In this document: positions 58,599 through 64,000 of the stretch, piece after piece
How positions within the stretch are numbered: position 1 is the first letter of the stretch
Layout: the number at the start of each line of letters is the position of its first letter
Source: Flavobacteriales bacterium
GTDB taxonomy: Bacteria; Bacteroidota; Bacteroidia; UBA10329
Length of the DNA: 64,000 nt
Assembly: GCA_016124845.1 (NCBI GenBank)
Contig: WGMW01000009.1
Location: forward strand, 149,624 to 213,623
Reading direction: 5' to 3'
Position numbers and translations under genes: made by a program
The notes under the pieces: model-generated
Told to the model about the DNA's origin: nothing
What the model saw: the letters and a program-made list of their open reading frames with translations, nothing else
The model's database searches: none

Positions 58599-59651
58599 AT
58601 CTTTCGAATCAGTCCAAGCCAGGTCACCTTCGGTAGGCTGATAATTTTCCATTTCCTTGTCTGATCGATCAACCCTGTAAAACGGCTTCCCGTCTTTCAA
58701 AATCACCTGAAAACGCGTTTCCGCTGATTCAGATTCAGCTTTCAACACGTCAGGATATTCCCCGAAAAGTTGCTTGTCGATGACTTCCAACCGATTGCAG
58801 AACTCACGCTGAAATCGCCATTTCAAACTCCTATGATCACTCGTTCCTAACTCGCGTTCGCACCATGCTTTCTTGAACGTCTCAAAGTCCGCAATCTCTT
58901 TTGGACGATTCGAATCCGAGTACTTGTTGAAAGCCTCTCGCCATTCGAAATACTGCCTGCGGTAAATAAGATTATCATCCGATTTCAACCCTTCGCAGTG
59001 GAAGTAATATCGCTTGATTTCCTTTTCAATGGCGTAGTAGAATGGCACGCGGATCACATCGAACTTGCCGTATTCCACGTACTCAATATCTTTTCCATAA
59101 CGAACCAATATCGGCTCGCCTGGGTCGATGGCGGGAAGGTTTTTCCGGGTGTGATGAAAATCTCCACGCAAGTTGGTTCTCGGCAGCTGAATCGTTCTTG
59201 GTCGGTCGTCTTTCAGCACCTTTTCGCGCAGCAATTTCATATCGTCTGAACCAGAAGTCCGACAGACCATGTCCGCATCCCAGCGCAAATGCCATTTGAA
59301 GCGTGTGTGTTCCAATCCTGCGTTTCGGCAATCGCCTAAAAGTGCACCTAGCATTTCCAACACATCTACTTCAATCCTGTCTCCGAATTCAGCCTTAAAA
59401 TCCTTCATCACCTGAAGTGTGGCATCATCGGAACCATTGTCGATACATACCACTTGATCGACAACTCCGACTAGACTTTTCAGACAGAATGGAATAATGT
59501 ATTCCTCATTCTTGGCAGAGACCACGGCCGTAATGCCATCTTTCAGAGGTTCTCCATTTTTAGCCCTGTCCCAATTTCGGTTCCAACGGTACCAGCAATT
59601 GTAAAGCACCACCGAAAGGATTTTCCGAACGAGCGATTTCAGCTGATTCAT
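58593..59651 (-). CDS. GT2-like glycosyltransferase (GT-A fold) with C-terminal extension
   Basis: ITAVVSAKNEEYIIPFCLKSL…IDNGSDD… and DxD-like DADM. Confidence 0.5.
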   Translation of the reverse strand: MNQLKSLVRKILSVVLYNCWYRWNRNWDRAKNGEPLKDGITAVVSAKNEEYIIPFCLKSLVGVVDQVVCIDNGSDDATLQVMKDFKAEFGDRIEVDVLEMLGALLGDCRNAGLEHTRFKWHLRWDADMVCRTSGSDDMKLLREKVLKDDRPRTIQLPRTNLRGDFHHTRKNLPAIDPGEPILVRYGKDIEYVEYGKFDVIRVPFYYAIEKEIKRYYFHCEGLKSDDNLIYRRQYFEWREAFNKYSDSNRPKEIADFETFKKAWCERELGTSDHRSLKWRFQREFCNRLEVIDKQLFGEYPDVLKAESESAETRFQVILKDGKPFYRVDRSDKEMENYQPTEGDLAWTDSKDL

Positions 59652-60724
59652 GCGAGGCCAAAGATGCGTTTAACCTTTTGAACCGCCACCCCGACCATAG
59701 TCGTGTTGTTCTGCTGCGCATGAAAATGGACCGGTTCCCATCGTTTCAGCAGATAGTAATAGAGTGAATATCCGCCTGGCAGATTGCGAAAGAGATTGAA
59801 ACGTCTTTGCCATTTCGCAAATTCCGGTTTCAATGAATCATCGCGTTTCAGTTCAAGTCCATCTAACCGAAATGGAAAAACCTGATGTTCGGTTTTCTCA
59901 CCTGAAAACTCCAACTCCACTACTCCACTTTTTCTTCCGCTTCCGCGGATTGGCCAAACGTTCTTTCCCATCACAATATCATCGAAACAGAAATTGCCCA
60001 AACTGAAATAAATTGGTGCCTGCTTGTAAAGCAAATGAGATTGGAAGGTATGGGTGTGGTGACCGATGATAGCATCCGCACCTGCATCCACCATTTTCTT
60101 GGCATGGTTGATTTGTTCTTCGTGCGGGAAATAACCGTAATCGCATTTTCCACCCCAATGAAGGAGCAGTACCACTTTATCAACTTTGGATTTCAATGAT
60201 CGAATATCCTCCAAGATCTTGGGAAGATCGTACATGTTCGGATAGACTTTCGCTTCAGCGGGCATTTTCGGATTCGTATCCTCATGCACGCAATTCAGGA
60301 ATCCGATCGTCATTCCATTCTTCTCAAAAATGAATGGTTTGGCCGCCATTTCCTGGTTCAGCGAAGCGCCTAAATGCGCAATTCCCAACTCGTCCAGTTT
60401 CTGAACCGTGTTCTGAAATCCCTCTTCGAGGTTATCGTAAACGTGATTCGTGGCAAGCGAAACCAAACCAAGGTTCAGGTTTTTCAGCGCATTCAACGCC
60501 TTCACTGAAGTATGGATCCGTGGGATTTTCTTTTCGTTCTGAGCCGTTCCTTCAGCCAAGCATTCTAAATTCCCAACCACCAGATCGGCATCTTGAAGAA
60601 TCGGGGCAACGGCTTCAAACGGGTTCTCGCCCGATTCCAAAAGCTGAATGTATCTGTTGTTGAAAGCCACATCACCAATGAACTTGATCCGTATGGGTTG
60701 CGTGCTTGCCATGTGCTCGTTCAA
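59648..60724 (-). CDS. CapA/PgsA-family metallophosphoesterase (capsule biosynthesis protein CapA-like)
   Basis: Calcineurin-like motifs GDV, VVGNLE, SLATNH, LLHWG and GHHTH. Confidence 0.7.
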   Translation of the reverse strand: MNEHMASTQPIRIKFIGDVAFNNRYIQLLESGENPFEAVAPILQDADLVVGNLECLAEGTAQNEKKIPRIHTSVKALNALKNLNLGLVSLATNHVYDNLEEGFQNTVQKLDELGIAHLGASLNQEMAAKPFIFEKNGMTIGFLNCVHEDTNPKMPAEAKVYPNMYDLPKILEDIRSLKSKVDKVVLLLHWGGKCDYGYFPHEEQINHAKKMVDAGADAIIGHHTHTFQSHLLYKQAPIYFSLGNFCFDDIVMGKNVWPIRGSGRKSGVVELEFSGEKTEHQVFPFRLDGLELKRDDSLKPEFAKWQRRFNLFRNLPGGYSLYYYLLKRWEPVHFHAQQNNTTMVGVAVQKVKRIFGLA

Positions 60725-60766
60725 TACTAAATATAAATTGCGAATTTAGGCCGCAACGCGCGGCAG

Positions 60767-62545
60767 ATGTTACTCGGAACGGTTCGGAATTCAAGCAGGT
60801 TTTTGGCGGAAAGTGACCATGGGTTTCGAAAGATTCCTTTCGGTGAGATTTCGCTGCTGATCAATGATTTCGGTCGAGGAACCCGTGGACTTTTTGAGCA
60901 AACGGACGACCGTTTCACCTTTACTTCCGAAAAGCCTTACCTAAGAACAGAGAACGGTTACCGAACGGTTGAAAAAGCCGAGGAGAATCTGAAGGAAATC
61001 GTCTCGAAAGCGGAGAACAACTTTGCGGCTTTCGAGATCGGCAAGACTGTTTCGGGCTGGTCGGCTTATGCTTCTTCCGCACGGATTACGCGGGCGCGGA
61101 TGTATTTCCTGTTTGTAGAAGACGGCATTCTCTGGTCGGATGATCTGCGGGAGCTTATTCCCTACTCTACCCGCGAAATGAATCCGATGGGTGCGTTTTC
61201 CATTCTCAAGTATGGCGATGTACCCGAATTCATCACGGTGGTGAAAGGCATCTTTTGCGTTCCTGTCGGACAGCGATTGACCTTCAACGAAAAAGATTTT
61301 GAAGGTTGGTTGAGCAAAGGCGAAATTCCACGAAGTGCCTTCGAATTCTTCTTCAACCTCGATTTCCCGATGGATGGTGGCGACATCCCAAAAACGGAGA
61401 AATTGATGGAAGCCGAGTTTGAATTCGTTTCCACTTTAAACCCAATTGTTCCCGTCTCTGGTGGTGTTGATAGCACGCTGGCCAACTGTCTCATCGATAA
61501 GTTCATTGAGAAACCTTACCCAGCGTATTACATTCAATTTGGGAAGGATGACCCCGAAGTGAAATTCGCGAAGGAAGCAGCCGCTGCCACCAAGGCCGAA
61601 TTGGAAATTGCGCTGTTCGAGCCTGAAGACACCATTCCGAGCTTCGAATATCAGAACGAACACGCTATACAGCCGATCGGTGAAAGTTCTACCATTTCAA
61701 CCGCGTATCATTTTATGCGTCAGGGTCATTCGGGCTACAAGATCATTGATGGCACGCTGGCCGATGGCTGCTACGGTTCCACCAATTACAACCGAAACGT
61801 GATCGGTGATCTGCCCGAACGGCCGCAATGGCAACAGCGTTTGAATGAGTGGATCGCAGCACAACTCCAAAGCAGAAAGTTGCCTGGTTACGAGCGTTTC
61901 CATCCTCGCGATAGCTATATCGATGATCCGTATCTGCAGTTCATGGATGTGTACTTGGGGCCATTCGGCAATATGTGGTTGAAGGATTCTAAGAAGCATT
62001 CGGAGGCGTTGCTTCCGCTGTGGCAGTACTATTACGACTATCTAAAACCTGAAAAAGCGAAGCAGGACGATTGGATGCGCTACAGTGTTTTCAAGATGGT
62101 GAACTACGCTTGCAAGAACAATACAGCCAAGAGTTACGACAATTCGCAGCCGCAGAATTCGGGGCTTTATCCATTCACTTGGAAGTCGATTCTCGAAGAC
62201 CAAGGGCATTACTCTTGGGCGGAAAAAACGCTGGAGAACACCATCAAATATCCGCTCAAAAAAATCCTGTCGCAGTACATGAACCACGATTTCATCTACC
62301 GCAAAAAGGTCGGGTTGAACTCATGTTTCGAGGATTGGATCCATTTGCCATTCCTGAAAGACCATTTCTCAAAGATCGTAGGTCGACCGAATGGCGTTGG
62401 GGAATATTTCCTTGGAGGAAGGAAAAACTTCTTGCTGAATCTTTACGCCAAAGACGAACCGTTGCATACCAACTTGGCGCGACTGGTCATCAACATCAGC
62501 ATCTTGGATGCGTGGTTAGAGCGACATAACATTTCTGTCAAATGA
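60767..62545 (+). CDS. Asparagine synthetase B-like amidotransferase (PP-loop SGGVDS), N-terminal glutaminase domain apparently divergent
   Basis: The PP-loop PVSGGVDS lies mid-protein. No Cys2 is present at the annotated N-terminus. The start is uncertain. Confidence 0.65.
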   Translation: MLLGTVRNSSRFLAESDHGFRKIPFGEISLLINDFGRGTRGLFEQTDDRFTFTSEKPYLRTENGYRTVEKAEENLKEIVSKAENNFAAFEIGKTVSGWSAYASSARITRARMYFLFVEDGILWSDDLRELIPYSTREMNPMGAFSILKYGDVPEFITVVKGIFCVPVGQRLTFNEKDFEGWLSKGEIPRSAFEFFFNLDFPMDGGDIPKTEKLMEAEFEFVSTLNPIVPVSGGVDSTLANCLIDKFIEKPYPAYYIQFGKDDPEVKFAKEAAAATKAELEIALFEPEDTIPSFEYQNEHAIQPIGESSTISTAYHFMRQGHSGYKIIDGTLADGCYGSTNYNRNVIGDLPERPQWQQRLNEWIAAQLQSRKLPGYERFHPRDSYIDDPYLQFMDVYLGPFGNMWLKDSKKHSEALLPLWQYYYDYLKPEKAKQDDWMRYSVFKMVNYACKNNTAKSYDNSQPQNSGLYPFTWKSILEDQGHYSWAEKTLENTIKYPLKKILSQYMNHDFIYRKKVGLNSCFEDWIHLPFLKDHFSKIVGRPNGVGEYFLGGRKNFLLNLYAKDEPLHTNLARLVINISILDAWLERHNISVK

Positions 62546-62694
62546 AGATTTGCGGAATAATCGAACGTCACAAACACCGTCATGCTGAACTTGTTTCAGC
62601 ATCCATTCAGACCCTGAAACAAGTGCAGGGTGACGGAATCTGCGAAGTTTTAAAGAATAAGCAACTTGGACTAAACCCGCAACTGATCAAATGA
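62542..62694 (+). CDS. Candidate 50-aa small ORF bridging the asnB-like and GT4 genes (both ends overlapped)
   Basis: Translation: MKICGIIERHKHRHAELVSASIQTLKQVQGDGICEVLKNKQLGLNPQLIK. Its ATG overlaps the upstream TGA, and its TGA overlaps the downstream ATG. It covers three mutually exclusive hairpins. Confidence 0.25.
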   Translation: MKICGIIERHKHRHAELVSASIQTLKQVQGDGICEVLKNKQLGLNPQLIK

Positions 62695-63842
62695 CGCGCG
62701 TACTTTATATCGGTGACCCGAGCAGCGTTCACGATCTGAAATGGGTCAGTTACTTCAGCACGCGAGATGATTTTGAAGCGTATTTCCTGGTTCAGGAACA
62801 CGAAATGCACCTGATAACGCCCGAGCGGAAGAAGCAGTTCGAAGAGCTTGGAATTACGGTCGAAGGCCCGATAAAAAGCTATTCGCTGTGGCGATTTTGG
62901 GAAAACCGCGCTTCCATCAACAAAATCAAAAAAGTCATCGCGAAGCGAAAAATTGATGTGGTTCATCCGCTTTTTGCCACACCATTTTCGCTGTGGACAC
63001 GGAATCTTCCTGTTCCATCTATTATCACTTGCCGAGGTTCAGACATTCATGTCGTTCTGGCCAGTTTGGGCAAAGGTTCTTTTCTACAAAAGATCCATGG
63101 AAAGTTGCTTTTGAAGCGGTTCCGATCGGCATTCGAAAATGCCGCTGCAATCACATGCACTTCACAAGGACAATTGGACAGAATCAATTCCATTTTCGGC
63201 ACGGATCTGAAAGCAGAGATTATCCGAACAGGCGTGAATGTGGGCGAGATCAATCAGCTGGAAGCAAAGCTAAAATTGCCACCGATTTTCAGTGGCAAGA
63301 AGATCATTTTCCTTCCGCGCTACATCCGACCCATCTACCAAACGGAGCTACAGCTGAAAGCATTGATGGAGACACCCCAAAACCTTCGACCACAACTGGC
63401 ATTGGTGCTCATCAAAGGGAATCGGACTCCTGGTTCGTACATGGTAAAAGTTGAGCGTTTGCTGAAGGAATGTGGATTGCCCTATCACATCTTTGATTCA
63501 CTGACACAACATGAAATGTGGTCAATGTTCAAGTTGAGTTCGCTGGCCATCATGACCCCAAAAACAGACGGAACTCCGAACTCGGCCTTGGAAGCCATGG
63601 CTGCAAGATGTCCACTCATTCTGGGTTCGTTCAAGTATGATGAGGATTTATTTTCCGAGGAATTCTGCCACCGAATGAACACCGATTCGGTCGCTGAACT
63701 GACGGAATTAATCACGGAATCACTTCAGAATTATCCTCAGAAAAAAATCAGTGCCGCTTTTGAGAATGTCTCAAAACGTGGCAATCGACCTGTGGAAATG
63801 GAGCGTTTGAAGGCGCTTTATCTATCCCTCGCGAAGGGATAA
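62691..63842 (+). CDS. Glycosyltransferase family 4 (GT-B)
   Basis: 383 aa. C-terminal …GTPNSALEAMAARCPLI… is the GT1/GT4 donor-binding motif. Confidence 0.8.
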   Translation: MTRVLYIGDPSSVHDLKWVSYFSTRDDFEAYFLVQEHEMHLITPERKKQFEELGITVEGPIKSYSLWRFWENRASINKIKKVIAKRKIDVVHPLFATPFSLWTRNLPVPSIITCRGSDIHVVLASLGKGSFLQKIHGKLLLKRFRSAFENAAAITCTSQGQLDRINSIFGTDLKAEIIRTGVNVGEINQLEAKLKLPPIFSGKKIIFLPRYIRPIYQTELQLKALMETPQNLRPQLALVLIKGNRTPGSYMVKVERLLKECGLPYHIFDSLTQHEMWSMFKLSSLAIMTPKTDGTPNSALEAMAARCPLILGSFKYDEDLFSEEFCHRMNTDSVAELTELITESLQNYPQKKISAAFENVSKRGNRPVEMERLKALYLSLAKG

Positions 63843-64000
63843 AACCTTCTTGCAGAATTCTGGGTAATTGATGTCGGCCGAATAAAAGGTTCCCCACATG
63901 TTCTTGGCTTCGGCACGCATGGCGTCAATTTTCTCAGCATCCATCGAAGCCACTTTTTCGATGACCTCCGCCACATCTTTCGGGTTCACTTCCTGATCAA
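63822..64000 (-). CDS. 3' end of a minus-strand gene continuing beyond the window (unknown, possibly glycan-related)
   Basis: The open frame from 64000 down to the stop at 63822 translates as …DQEVNPKDVAEVIEKVASMDAEKIDAMRAEAKNMWGTFYSADINYPEFCKKVLSLREG*. It overlaps the GT4 3' end by 21 nt. Confidence 0.3.
   Translation of the reverse strand, partial: DQEVNPKDVAEVIEKVASMDAEKIDAMRAEAKNMWGTFYSADINYPEFCKKVLSLREG

Overview
This looks like a Bacteroidota chromosomal segment of roughly 45-48% GC with dense, mostly co-directional coding. Three blocks stand out.

- **1-9.3 kb, minus strand:** the core type IX secretion / gliding operon porP(sprF)-gldK-gldL-gldM-gldN (gldN runs off the window start), followed by an arginase-family gene and topA.
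- **9.3-32 kb:** housekeeping and envelope genes, including:
  - a three-gene signalling module (an approximately 1100-aa PAS/GAF HisKA_3 kinase, a LuxR-type regulator and a second HisKA kinase);
  - tRNA-Phe(GAA), coaX, an outer-membrane beta-barrel, an LptC-like gene and a CNNM/CorC (GldE-like) transporter;
  - an OmpR/PhoR-like two-component pair, a MurG-like glycosyltransferase, a CocE/NonD hydrolase and an aquaporin;
  - a START-domain gene and rluD, lying (with the aquaporin gene) in a locally GC-rich patch;
  - a T9SS C-terminal-domain cargo protein, a PASTA-domain protein, ddl and rdgB/ham1.
- **32-64 kb:** one very large ABC-transporter-dependent glycan (O-antigen/capsule-like) locus. 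It carries:
  - two complete Wzm/Wzt pairs, both Wzt with C-terminal extensions;
  - a two-domain (GT-A plus GT4) glycosyltransferase, about ten GT2-type and two to three GT4 transferases, a DUF616-like protein and several SAM methyltransferases (one FkbM family);
  - a DegT aminotransferase, a sugar N-formyltransferase, WbqC and a NeuD-type acyltransferase;
  - a PhyH-family dioxygenase, a beta-propeller protein, CapA and an AsnB-like amidotransferase.

The most unusual sequence-level signals:

- a 115-nt, three-hairpin C/G-rich palindromic element inserted in-frame inside wzt, with a related copy acting as an intergenic hairpin at 24.9 kb;
- a perfect 16+16 bp palindrome in the ham1/membrane-protein divergent promoter;
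- a 50-codon ORF that exactly bridges two glycan genes and overlays three mutually exclusive hairpins;
- a G7 and an A8 tract inside GT2 genes.

I found no CRISPR array, integrase, transposase or recognisable defence system.
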